DNA of 63,962 nucleotides, filler included, from Licmophora abbreviata (Eukaryota), in NCBI GenBank assembly GCA_900291995.1. It is 7 parts of 7 records of this genome, joined end to end, with 100 filler letters (N's around TTAATTAATTAA, not from the genome) between each part and the next. Parts side by side here need not be neighbours in the genome. Positions count along the whole stretch, not along the records: positions 17,430 to 35,710 come from OLMU01000184.1; positions 35,811 to 46,395 come from OLMU01000185.1; 5 more parts are not named here. One strand, 5' to 3'. How positions within the stretch are numbered: the first letter of the stretch is position 1; each line of letters begins with the position of its first letter. The translations under genes and the position numbers were made by a program. Below, piece after piece: positions 24,255-35,956 of the stretch. The notes below the pieces were generated by a model. It searched no databases, was not told where the DNA came from, and saw nothing but the letters and a program-made list of their open reading frames with translations.

Positions 24255-24662
24255 ATGGAAAAAGCCCAACACGCTCCTTGGGAGAAGCCAGTGGACAATG
24301 GACCTAGCTGCATGTCCTCAGATCCAGCTAAACCCCCACTGACGACGACACGACATGAACGAAAGCTGGCGACTCTTGACGAGGACTATGTTGCTATTGC
24401 CTCACTTATGGGAGAGCTTGATAAGCAAGTGACGGCATTTGTTCCAAATATGAATAAAATGATAGAGGCGGCTCCAGCGTACGATTCTCTTGCCACACAA
24501 TGGCGAGAAACTGCGGCAACGCATCGAACCGATTCGGTTGGATGCCGCAGTCAACCAGCAAGAGATCGTTCTTCGGCAGAATCTAGGGCGCCTACGGAGG
24601 ACGACAGCCTTATCCTGGGAGAAGAGGTAGAAGACCCAAATGATCCCCTAGTATTCATCTAG
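24255..24662 (+). CDS. Hypothetical 135-aa protein with a short predicted helical/coiled-coil core
   Basis: Single ATG-initiated ORF filling an otherwise empty interval. No recognised motif. Confidence 0.5.
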   Translation: MEKAQHAPWEKPVDNGPSCMSSDPAKPPLTTTRHERKLATLDEDYVAIASLMGELDKQVTAFVPNMNKMIEAAPAYDSLATQWRETAATHRTDSVGCRSQPARDRSSAESRAPTEDDSLILGEEVEDPNDPLVFI

Positions 24663-24795
24663 AGTCAGAGACGGAGACGATTATGATATGCAGTACTTTC
24701 GTTTGTCGTTTTGAGGACCAGTCGCTACAAGGCACCGGTGTCACCCGATCACAGGACGACTTGCAGCAAAGTATCACCAAAGACGTTATAGTAAG

Positions 24796-26917
24796 TTAGG
24801 AAACAACGCCATTGGAAAGTCCGTTCTGGGCTCTACACTCTCCAGCGCGTGTGCTGAAAGGGACGCCCTTGTATGTCGCCACACCGCTTCCGTTTGTTTT
24901 CATTTCTGGAAAGATGGCATCGAGCATCTTCTTCTTGATCACCTGGTTTTCGGTCGCCTGCGTGTTTGTTTTCGTTTTCATTGCACACAATGTTAGTGCT
25001 CGCTCGCTCGTGTATGTTACACGACCCGCTAACTTAGACTTACCGGCTCCCCGTCGAATCCCTCTACCATGACTCGCTCCCCGAGAACCGCATCTGCAGG
25101 CGGCTCGACGAACTCTACCTTGGAACCATCCTCCGTGGCAGCACAAAGCACCATCCCGTGTGAAGGAAATCCTACAAGCTTGCGAGATTTGAGGTTGGCC
25201 AGTACCAGCACACGCTGGCCTTCGAGGTCCTCGACATTGTAGTGTGCCCGCAGACCCGACGCAATCTGCCTTGGACCGCCCTCTTCTCCAATGTCAATCT
25301 CTTCGCAAAATAGTTTGTCAGCTTCTGCGTGTTCCCATGCTTTTGAAATGACGCCGACTCTAATGTCCAGCTTGGAAATATCCACTTCACCTGAAGGTGA
25401 AGGTGGCTGCTTCTTCGTTTTCTTCTTTGGAGCCTCCGACTTCGTCGTCGTCTCTTCGGAAGAGATCCCTTTTGAATTGCGTTCGCGAAGCTCATCCAGG
25501 CTGCCGACAGGTGGATTCGGCACGGATTCTCCACGGGGATCCTCTAGTACAGTGGAAGCAGCTGATCCACTCAAGAATTGTTTCATGCCTATTGTTTCGT
25601 ATGGGGCGACAAAATAGAGTGTTAGGATTCAGCATAAAAAACACCTGAGATTGAAAGACCAAGACAGTCGAACATACCATCGTCGTAATAATGAGGAAAC
25701 TGTTGAACAAACCGCATGTCATTCTTCGTGAATTCACGAATATCGGTAATGCCGTGAATGACCATGGCAAAGCGTTCTAGACCAAAACCAGCGGCAAATC
25801 CAGAGTACTCCTCCGGGTCAATGCCCGCCATCTCGAGTACAGCAGGGTCGACCATGCCGCACCCGAGTACTTCGAGCCATCTGCCCCGAAAAAACACGTC
25901 GACCTCCATACTCGGTTCCGTAAACGGAAAGTAAGACCCGCGGAACTGGACCGCAATATCAGGACCAAACATATTCTTCAAAAAGTACTCTACCGTTCCC
26001 TTCAGATGGCCCAGGGTGAGCTCGCCTTTCTTCTCAATCGCGAGAATCTCAACTTGATGAAACATGAGTGAGTGGGTGGCGTCAATGTCGTCTTTTCGAT
26101 ATACGCGGCCGGGGGCAACGATACGGAGAGGGGGTTTACGCTTTTCCAATTGTCGGATCTGAACGGAAGAAGTATGCGTTCGCAACATCATTTCCAAGTC
26201 GTCGGTGAGATAGAATGTATCCTGCATATCTCGAGCAGGGTGATCCTTTGGGCAGTTGAGAGCTTCAAAGCAGTAGTAGTCTGACTCGATTTCCGGTGAA
26301 TCTTTACACTCGGTCACAGTATCATAGCCTAGACTCGTGAAAATGTCAAGAGCCTTCTCCATGGTCATACTCAAGCTATGTCGGTGTCCAACGTGCGCCT
26401 CCCGGGACAAACCAGGCATGGTGACGTCCAGACGATCCTGTTCCATCTTGCCCGTGATTTCGGAGAGTTCTAGATCCTGCATTTGTTCAGCAACAGACGC
26501 TTCGACGGCAGCCTTGACTTGGTTTACGACTGCTCCAAGTTTCGGCTTGTCTTCTTTTGGGAGCAAGCGCATGTAGCCCATGACCTGGTTGATGGGTCCT
26601 TTCTTTCCGAGGTATTCGCGGCGAAGGGTCTCAGCTTCTGCTACCGTTGCTGCTGCAGCCATGCGCTTGTCGAAAGTCTCCTTGTGCCCTCGGAGCTCTT
26701 CCGACACAGCATCAATCGACACTGTTTCTTCAGTCACAGACGCATCTTCTGCCAAGCTCAGCTTTCTGCCGAATCGAGGCATCATCCATCCATCATCTTC
26801 AGGGGCATCTCGCTTCGTGGTCGTAAAAGCTCTGTTTGGGCTCTGTACAAAGCCTGACGAGATCTCTACACAAACGGTGACCAGAACAATGACCTGGGCT
26901 AGTGAAAACTTTGTCAT
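24796..26917 (-). CDS. pheS: Plastid bacterial-type phenylalanyl-tRNA synthetase alpha fused to a C-terminal EMAPII/Arc1p-like tRNA-binding domain (introns 25677-25589, 25043-24958)
   Basis: PheS motifs HPARDMQDTF, LRTHTS, PGRVYR, YFPFTEPS, WLEVLGCG and FAAGFGLER. OB-fold LDIRVG..HAEADKL..RQIASGL..NLK..SHGMVLCA. Presequence SSG|FVQ. Confidence 0.9.
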
Positions 26918-27330
26918 GATTGTCTGTGCTCTTCAATGGCCTCTCACTTCAGCGATCGTCGCTCCTCGCCATGTGTGTCGCCGCGAGAGGCCTCTCGTCA
27001 GTAGCCTAATAAATGGTTATGTAGACGTCAAGTCGGAATGAGTTGTCAACACAGTCATCAGAAATCGGAGGCTCTGATTCGAAAGGGAACCATATGGTCA
27101 TCAATCACATTCTTTGCGTTGTAAGCTCAGCCAAGCTAATAAGAATGGACGGCTGTGAGAGAGTACCAGCTCATATCCTACATTAAGTACGTCAGTCGAC
27201 GGAAAACTTCCCGCCGACAAAATCTTTCGAAACACCTTTTCTTCGTTTAGAAAACAACAACGCAGAGCAAACAGCAGAGAGGCTGTGTCCCTACTACTCC
27301 ACACTCATTGTTGCTTCTGCAGCCGTCACC

Positions 27331-28196
27331 ATGGTACATTTCTCAGTCGTTGGCCTGCGAGTAGTGGCTCTTGTGATTCTGTGGGCGACGCAGGCTCTCG
27401 CGTTTGTGCCACTATCGAGAACCGGTCGTGCTCGTTCCCACCGACTGATGGCAGTCCCCAATGTGAACGAACTGTCCCGGCGATCTTTACTTCAGTCCAT
27501 TGCTGTTTCTACGGCAAAGGCTACTGCGCTTACTACAACATTGCCTCTCGCGGCTTCCGCGGCAACAAGAAGAGACCTGGACGACTGTTTGTACACAATA
27601 CTGCGTGTCCGCGAGGCCACATTGCAGGAAGCGCGACTCATCAAGTCCGGAAAATTCAAAGATGTACAGCGAGCCAACGTCAAGTTGGCGGTCAAGTACA
27701 TTGTCAACAACTACCGCTTGGCAGACACTTTCGTGACGGCCAGTGCCTACATCGATGGGGACAATAGTCGACGAGTCAAGGCGGGAGAACAAGGACAGGC
27801 CGTTGTTCAGAATTTATACACAATTCTCGAGTACTTTGATTCATCAGATGTACAAAACTTGAAGGTAAGAGCTGAAACATATGTGCTAGCAGGCGATGGA
27901 AGTACTGATACGTTTAAACCGAAATGGGCTGTCCACCATATTGACTCACTCTATGCACTTTCTCTCCCGTTTTTGTTCGCACGTAGGTCGGAACCGCGGA
28001 TAACATGGCCGGAAAGGAAGAGTTGGTTCTTAAAGGTTTGGAAACCGCTCGACAGAATATTGACGACTTCCTCGGATTCTTTCCCCAGGACAAGATTGAG
28101 GGGATCCGACGAAAGATCTTGGACGAGAACGAGCTGAACAAAAGAGAATGGGACCCAGCACTAGGCGACATTGTCAATCTACCGCAGGTGGTCTAG
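27331..28196 (+). CDS. Plastid, probably thylakoid-lumen, helical protein, possibly PsbQ-like (intron 27865-27986)
   Basis: Signal peptide ALA|FVP, twin-arginine SRRSLL and AxA cleavage site (ASA). In-frame splice. Confidence 0.65.
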
Positions 28197-29036
28197 TAAA
28201 GCGTGATACCGTGCAAAGGAAAAGGAAGACAATGAGAGAGTAACGGAGACTTTGGCTTCTTGGTCCTGTATTTTTCTGAATCGAAGAAGTCTCTGATTTG
28301 GAGAACGGGGACGTGGCTGCTTCATCTGGCTGTGATTTGTGAGGTACTCTAGTGGTCGACTTGCGCCTCTGTTGCAAGCACACTCGCTCGCTACAAGTAG
28401 TGGGTCACGTACAATTACACTCAACGTAGGGAACGTTTTCGACTCACCGAGCCTGACAACTCTCGTCCACTCTCATCGCGATGGAAACGGACCTGGAACA
28501 TAGTACGATAGTCTTGGATACCTTTACGTGAATTGCATACGAGTAGGACTGATGGCTTGAATCGAGTCGAATGAATCCAGCAATCTCAAATCTCAAATCT
28601 CAAATCTTACCGCTCTGCCCCATCAGCTGACTGACTCACTCGACTCATTTGATTCAAGAAGAATGGAGAGAGTGACGTCGCGTTTCAACTAAATTTGTAG
28701 CAGGGTGACAGCGAATCGAAAGAGCGCGATCAAGCGATGATGCGGTGATGCATGCCGAGAGGGCGAAGTTGAAAGTGGTGACATCGACGAGATGCCGGTA
28801 CATCAGTGGCAGCTTGTAGCCGTCTCTTGAACCCAGGGTCAGGTTGCGCCCCGCCAACGTTACTTCTGGCTACTCTCGTCCGTTTCCGCTGAAGATCGTT
28901 CGGAAGATTCGAAATTTCGGCCTCCCGCCAGTTCTCCTGCCTCCATCTTTCTCGTTCGTTCGACAGGCCCAAGAATCGGATCTGCCTACCCACAGCTGTT
29001 GTGGAACTTGATCTGAAGCATTTTCTCCTGAGAAGG

Positions 29037-32000
29037 ATGAATCCGACACTTGATCCAGCGCTCGATATGCTGAGTCGAGCCCTAGAGGGAGATCGCGGCG
29101 CCTTGTCCTTTCTCGACAGAACCTCATCGATCTATCTGCTCGACGTGACAGACCCATCCAAGCCGAAGACATATGGCGGCTGGAGCTTCATCCACCAGGC
29201 AATGACTGAACTAGAGCGCCAGGAAGGTAGAGGGGTCTCTCTTGCCATCAGCCTTCACAGTCATGTTCAACTTCTAGCAGCCATGTCGCAGCGCGTGGCT
29301 CGCCGCCCACCGTCGTCGGACAGGTACCTGGTGTCAATGTGTATCGAGAACGCCGCCCAGTATCACGCTACGGCGAAAGAAGCTCAAAACTTGATTGAAC
29401 AGAACTCTGAGCTACGCGAAATTGTCATGGGCCGTATCGCGGCGCTTGTCTTTGATTTCTCATTTCACAATCCGAATGGTCCTCACCTCTCGGCATTTGC
29501 CGACCCAATAGCCCTGGAAAGCCATTGCGCGGCACTAGCTGCGAATGCTGTTTCCAGTGGCCCCCAAGCCATCAAGGAGTTTCTTGTTGAATGGATCATT
29601 CCTAGTGTGGCTACATTGCCACCATTTGCAGTTGCGTGTGTCATTCTACACGTTGCTTCCGAGGCTACGGGAAAGGAGGCACCGGCAGGAACAAAGAAGA
29701 TGCTTCAGCTGTTGTCCACGTCCATCATGGCCATTGTGCTTGCCCCTGTACTCCAAGGTGCTATCCTGGAAATCGCAGAGGCACGCGATGAACAATCGAC
29801 GCATGAACGGCACAGTCGTGTGGCCGCCACCTCTATTCGAGCTATTCACCACTGGTGTACATCGACAGAACTGACCCTCCCTCAGATTAAGCACGTCGTC
29901 GGCAAAGTACAGGTATGTCTTATTGCTCTATCGCGCTAAGAAACATAGTTTTCCAGTCCTTTTCTCACACACATGTGTCTACTCAATGTTCTTCTAGATC
30001 AATTTTGTCGCTCTGATCAGCGATGCCATGTATTCTGATTCCGAACTTGTCGTCGAAGCCATGGCCGAGCTTGTTGATGTGGGCCTAAATAAGAAGGACA
30101 AAGAAGCAACAAGGGATCGAATGACACAAGCCCAGCTTATCATGAACGTCGACGAAGTTGCCTTTCAGTCTATTTCTCCGTCCGACCTGTTTCGTATTGA
30201 ATCCACCGAGATGGACTCGATCGTCGTTGAGTTGGTATCCGCGATTGGTCTTCAGCGATATCGTTTTGACGAGCGACAGGCGCAGGGTAAGTCGGGCAAG
30301 TCAAACTCTCAACGCCTTATGATTTACTCTCAACTTGATGATTCTTTGGTTATAATACAGGCGACTTCGTCGTGTGCAGATGTCTGACTCGCATCGCAGT
30401 GTCCGTCTGCGAATCTGCTATGGACGCACTGGCTTCTGGACAGCTTCATGGTTTCGCGTCAGGAATGGTGGATCTTCTAACGAAAGCGGCTGAACACCCC
30501 TCTGTGCACATCTGTGGGATTTCTCTTGAAGCTCTGATGAAACTGGTACCAGTTGATTCCAACTTCAGTCGTGGCCTACTTCCTCTGCTCCAGCGACGAG
30601 CTATCATTCCACACAAGGTAACCGAAGGACTGACATCGCTACAAGCAAGCGATACGTGCGGGGTGGACTACCATGAGTTTGAGAACTTTCGTAACACTGT
30701 GCTGTCGGAAGCACTATTGGTGTGCTTTCGACAGAATGGGGAGAACTACTTGCAGTCATGTACGACAGCGGTCGATGAGTTCTGCTTCGTTGAAGCAACT
30801 GTCGATGTCTGTTTCCAAATGGAAGCCGCCCTATTCTGCCTCGCAGTTGCTGCTGACGATATTATGCCCACCTTGCCTGACCAAAAAATACCGGATGCGA
30901 TATCTAGCCGACTACGTCAGTGCACTGAGCTTTTGGGAAAGAAACCTGCCTGCGTGATGAAAAGTCCGCTGACGATGGCGCAGATGTATAACTTCGTTCG
31001 ACAGGTGAGAGATTCCACCATTTTTCATTCGGCGTACGAGAAACATTGCACTTACACTTCATATGTCTGTTTCTGTAAGTATTCGAAGTGGTACGCCTTC
31101 GTAGGCAACGACCTTGGTATAGGCGTAGCTGCGGAATTCAGTTTAATGACTTTTGCCTCAAGCTCATCAAACTTCCTATTCGAACCTCGTTTTCGGGACC
31201 TATTGCGCGAGATGTCATCTTCTCCCTTTTCAGAAGCGGCCCGAACTCTTAGTGCCTTACTGGTGGAAAGGCCTCAATTTTTTCACAGCGAATCGAGCCT
31301 CGAGTCTTTAAGAGGTGAGCTTTCGGAGAAATTGTTGCTTGACATGAATCGGTGTGAGTGACCGTGCTTACGTTGGTCCTCGCGTTGTTTTTTTTCGAGA
31401 ATAGGTTGCTGGGAGACGTCTTACCAGATTAGTAATCGTCCACATGTCGTCACGATAGAAGACCGCGAAGCATTGTGTGAAGGGATTTGTTGTGTTGTTG
31501 CATCGCTGCCCGACACTAGCAGGGAACGATTCCATCTGGCTTTCTCGACCTTGACTCTTGAGTGTCTTGAAAGCATGACAAGAATGGCTGTTGAATCTGG
31601 TACAACCGGGCAATCGAATGGCCACGGGACCTCTCTCGCGTCTATTCTTTGTAGGGTCGCGCATGAGATTCGAATTCTGACCGTGCTCGTCACCAAACCC
31701 GCTACTCCGGTATCCAGGCTTTCGTCTAAAGAAGAGGAATCGACCGGAAGTCAAACTCATCTTGTCATTCTGAAACGAGCTTGGACTCCTCTCTCGCACG
31801 TCGCAGAAGCGTTCAATTCTGACGAGGTAAGGCGTGTGTGCATTTTGATTGGGTTTCCCTATCTGCGTCAGTCTAACACTCTCGTGTTTATTGCTCCAAT
31901 TGTAGAACGTATCCGAGGCGCTCGAGTGTTTCCTCGTTGGTTGCGTGCATTTGCTTTCCGGGGACAAAGGGCGCTCACTTTTGAAGGAGCTCTGTACTCT

Positions 32001-33008
32001 GGCTTCCTCGATCTTGACTAATTCTGATCCCAGCAGCCCATCTCTACATTCAGTGAGCGAGTATATTTCAAGCATGATCCAAGTGCACGGTGACGCCATC
32101 GAGAAGAGCGTTATCGATATAATGGATACCAAGGCCGAGCATGTCCTCGTTGTGTCGCAGGGAGAGTCAGTTCGACTACTTGAGAGCTTAATACTTTCGT
32201 TGATCCAAGGATTAGACCTTCTCTCGGGGCGACGTGGACTCGTAGCAAAGAACAGGGCAACGGACAGCAGCCATTCGAGAGCAAGACGGATAATTTGCCT
32301 GAAGAAACCTTGTCTTCTTCTGAAGAAGGACTTTCTGATGTACTGACGATACTATCTGTATGCGCAATGAAGGCCCCGTTGTTTCTCAGTCATATTCCTG
32401 TCGACAACAACAACGACGTTGGTCTCGTTGGCCCTGCTGTCGACTCCGCAGTCTCGGTGTTGTTGGACTCAGATGCGCAGACTTCGCTGAGCGCTGTTCA
32501 CTTTCTCATAGCTCTGGTAAGTCTACGGCATCACGAAGCGCCATGAGAGATTCTTTGTAAACCTGTCATCTCAACGGCACGCCCGAAATATCAACAGATG
32601 GAACTATGGAAATCGACGTCGATCGACCATGTACGAGATTGCACAGGCAGATCGCTTTCGACGGCGAGGAGGACGTTGCTTTCAACTTTGTTTGAAGGAG
32701 CTTGTGGCGCGATGCAACGACCTCTACTGGGACATGCCGCCGAGCTATACTATGCGGTAATTTGTGCGTTTACAGAGGAGGAGGCCATCAAATTTTGCGC
32801 GGAAGATTTGCAGCGTGAATCATTCCTACTGGGAGACGCGGGGGGCAGTCTGTTCTTGCAGGTCGTTAGATCCTGCATCGATGGCACCATTGACGTGGCG
32901 ACTCTTGCAAGGCTGTTTGTCGATATTTGGACGTTGCACCAAGTCGACGATACTGGGTTCGTTGCTGGAAGTGATAGGGTACTCCGATTCGTTCAGAAGT
33001 ATTCGTAA
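29037..33008 (+). CDS. Large multi-exon HEAT/ARM-repeat protein, karyopherin-beta (transportin-3/importin-13)-like; apparent frameshift near 32220
   Basis: Helical ORFs linked by GT-AG introns starting at about 29913, 30287, 31005, 31315, 31826 and 32517. EFENFRNTVLSEALL and MEAALFCL resemble TNPO3-type HEAT segments. Confidence 0.55.
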
Positions 33009-33368
33009 TAAGTTTCTAGACAAATAGTTTGTCCGCGTTTCGCTACCTTACAGATTACCATATAGCCTCTCATCTTCATTTGAGATCCTATCTCTAGCCA
33101 GAACCAATGTGACGATTGGAAACTCGTCTCATAGTACTTCTAGGTACCGCTCGGGAAGTCTCTCCAGCTCAAACGTCGTAAGTTCTGACAGACAGTATCG
33201 AGCAACGTCGATGTCATAATCTTGTCTGTATACCCTATCCGAAACTGGAGCTCCCCACTTCCATCGACGTTGTGGATCCTTTCAATCGTTTATCTCGTAG
33301 AAGTTTCGGTTGGCCGATCGGCTCTCAATGAATACGTACAGCTTTGGCGCCGCAGTCTCGCTACCCCC

Positions 33369-34226
33369 TTACAATCGATACATATTATGGGCGTTCTGTG
33401 TTGTCGTATGGACGATCTCATCAGTGTTGATGCAGAGTGCCTCTGCGAGCAGCTGAACGCCGACCTCCAAGCTTTCCGGTACTTTGGCAGCATCCTCGTG
33501 ATCTGTCTCGAGTAGGAGCCGATTCAATCCAACTTTCTGGATCACCGAGGCAGTCTTGGGAGAACGGAAGTTGATCACGGGTGCAAAGCCAAAGTACGTG
33601 CGACCTGTCTCTCGTCCACAAAGCGCCAGCAGTTGGTCGACTGTGCCGACTTTGCCTCCGAATGCATGAAAGTAGATGGAAGGAGGCAGACCGCTCGAGG
33701 ACCCCTTTAGCCTCGAAAGGACATCCAACATTGGTCCCCAGCACTGCACACAATGCACACTGACGGGTCTCTGCAGTCGAGCGGCCATCTCCATTTGCCT
33801 CTCAAATGCCTCGACCTGAGAGCGTATCGGACTGGAAAGGTTGCCAGTTTTGGGGTCGTAGCGATGTCCGTCCAGTCCAATTTCGCCGACGATCGATCGT
33901 GGGCAGGACTCGATCCACTGTTCAAGCTCATTCAGCCACTTCGGAACAGAGCCCAAGCCCTCCTGCCAGTCGTCGCTGCTAAGCTCATGTAGAAACCAAG
34001 GGTGCACACCGAAACACGGCACTACGTCAACATCGTGTTGCGCGGGAAGTTCCTTAGACAATTGCAAGACGCGGCTGTAGTCTCTTGGGTGGGTGGACAT
34101 GAGAGCGATTCCACTGACTGCGGCCGGCGCCCCATCGCATATTAGATTTTTCCCGAGAAGGGCTCTAAAAGGCTCTGTCGTCCCCATGTGAACGTGGTTG
34201 TGTGCATCGAAGGGGAGTCTCATCAT
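33369..34226 (-). CDS. tatD: TatD-family metal-dependent nuclease
   Basis: Motifs DAHNH, FGVHPW, VGEIGLD, VSVHC, YFHAFGG and LLLETD. Confidence 0.92.
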   Translation of the reverse strand: MMRLPFDAHNHVHMGTTEPFRALLGKNLICDGAPAAVSGIALMSTHPRDYSRVLQLSKELPAQHDVDVVPCFGVHPWFLHELSSDDWQEGLGSVPKWLNELEQWIESCPRSIVGEIGLDGHRYDPKTGNLSSPIRSQVEAFERQMEMAARLQRPVSVHCVQCWGPMLDVLSRLKGSSSGLPPSIYFHAFGGKVGTVDQLLALCGRETGRTYFGFAPVINFRSPKTASVIQKVGLNRLLLETDHEDAAKVPESLEVGVQLLAEALCINTDEIVHTTTQNAHNMYRL

Positions 34227-34745
34227 CTATAGGTGAGCCTCACACTAGAAGTATACTCGTCGCGGCCAGAGAAGTGCAAGTTCAGAGTCGTCGTTGCAGT
34301 ACATTCATACATGGAACGTCTAGAGTCTTCACTTTCCAATACCCTGCTACCCCCGGCGCGTTCTACTGGAAGGCACAAACACAGAACCGAGAGCCTGACG
34401 GCACAATTCCCATCACGCTGTCGTGGTCTTCTTTTTTGTACTGATGATGTGATGGGTGCACCCATCAACGCGCGAACAAAGTTAGTGATATTGTAACACT
34501 TGAAGCTCTGTTCTGACGCGGTACCGTATGCATGCCTCAAGCTAATAGATACAGTGGTGACGAGCCGTGCAATAAAAGATGAAATCTCTAATCTAATAGC
34601 TTTCGTGTGTTTTTAATCATCTACTGGTTCTTTATAATGGCTGTGTCCCTCGTCTAGTGTCTACTGTATGTTTCTTGTCTCGATGTATGATTGATTCGCG
34701 ATGATGGTTGGCGTCGTGATATGGGCTGGTATGCGCAAAATTAGT

Positions 34746-35710
34746 TCATGTCGCCATCGGAGCAATAAGCTGCTCTGCCTCCTCCACGTCGAGTTTGGTG
34801 GTACGAAACTCGAGGTCGTCGTCATTTATCCCTGCGCTGGACAGTGCGTCGAGTGCCTTTCTGTAAGCATCGCGGGCCTTTTTGTAATCCTTCTGGCTGT
34901 AGTGCAAGTGGCCAATCGCATTCCAGGCCCGAGCCACCTTCGGGTCGGCGTCGCCCACCGAGCGACGGTGGATCGCCAGGGCTTCTTCGAATGCACGCAA
35001 AGCAGCCCCGTAGTGTTGTGTGGTCTGGTGGAGATTGCCCATGTTGTGGAGCGTCGCCGCGACGTCGTCATGGTTGCGACCATGCGCCCGCGATCGAATC
35101 TTGAGAGCCTTCTCCAGAGACGCCTTGGCTTCGTCGTAACGACCGAGCTGCCCGTAGGCAATGCCAAGATTGTTGTGCGTGTTGGCCACATCGGTGTGAA
35201 AATGACCCAGTGTGTCTATGCGAATCTTCAAAGCCCGTCCCCACCATTGCACCGCAGCATCCCAGTTCTCCTTGGTCGCACTCTGGAGTCCCTTGGCGTT
35301 CCATGCGTTGCCGATGGCTTCGTCCTGAGCTCGAAAGGCGAGAGAGCGCGCCTTGGGAGGAGTTGACGAGGGGTTGCGTGGAGGCGCCCGAAGCGAGTGA
35401 ATCGGATGCGGCTCTTTCTGTGTCTTGCTCTCGCCTGTGAGTTCAGGAAGAGACGCGGTTCGCTCGACAGTGGGCTCGTCCCTGGCATGTGGGCTAGAAA
35501 TGGAACCCTGGGACGCCGAAGCCTTGAGTGGCGAAGAGTCATGGAAATGTCGGAAGAGCCAGTCGACACCGAAGAACGACGTGTCGTGGAGATCTTCCGT
35601 GGCCTCGGGCACCACCGAGCTTGGAGACACGGCTTCCCGGCTGTTCTCCTTGCCCCTGGACGATCTCTCCACCATGGAGCCGACGCTCTCTTCCTTTCTC
35701 ATCTTCGCCC
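34746..35710 (-). CDS. TPR protein (kinesin-light-chain-like repeats), 5' end lost in a gap
   Basis: Repeated H.DVA.T..N.G..Y...G.Y..A.....AL.I units. Confidence 0.8.
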
Positions 35711-35810
35711 NNNNNNNNNNNNNNNNNNNNNNNNNNNNNNNNNNNNNNNNNNNNTTAATTAATTAANNNNNNNNNNNNNNNNNNNNNNNNNNNNNNNNNN
35801 NNNNNNNNNN
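35711..35810. other. Scaffold spacer with stop-codon linker
   Basis: 44N-TTAATTAATTAA-44N. Confidence 0.97.
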
Positions 35811-35956
35811 TTATTACCTTATATTCATTGACTTCTTCGACTCAGAGTTTCAATTTCGACTGCTCTGTGGCGCGCTTCACCACACAAAAAACGCTCACTT
35901 TTCTCGGTTTTGGAAAACTAATGTGGTGGAGTGTGATGGAGGGACGCATCGCAGTC

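Noticed and set aside
28584..28607. (TCTCAAA)3 tandem repeat
   Set aside because: Short simple repeat with no supporting structure.
28633..28646. 14-mer GACTCACTCGACTC shared with 49948-49961
   Set aside because: A shared low-complexity 14-mer is expected by chance in 64 kb.
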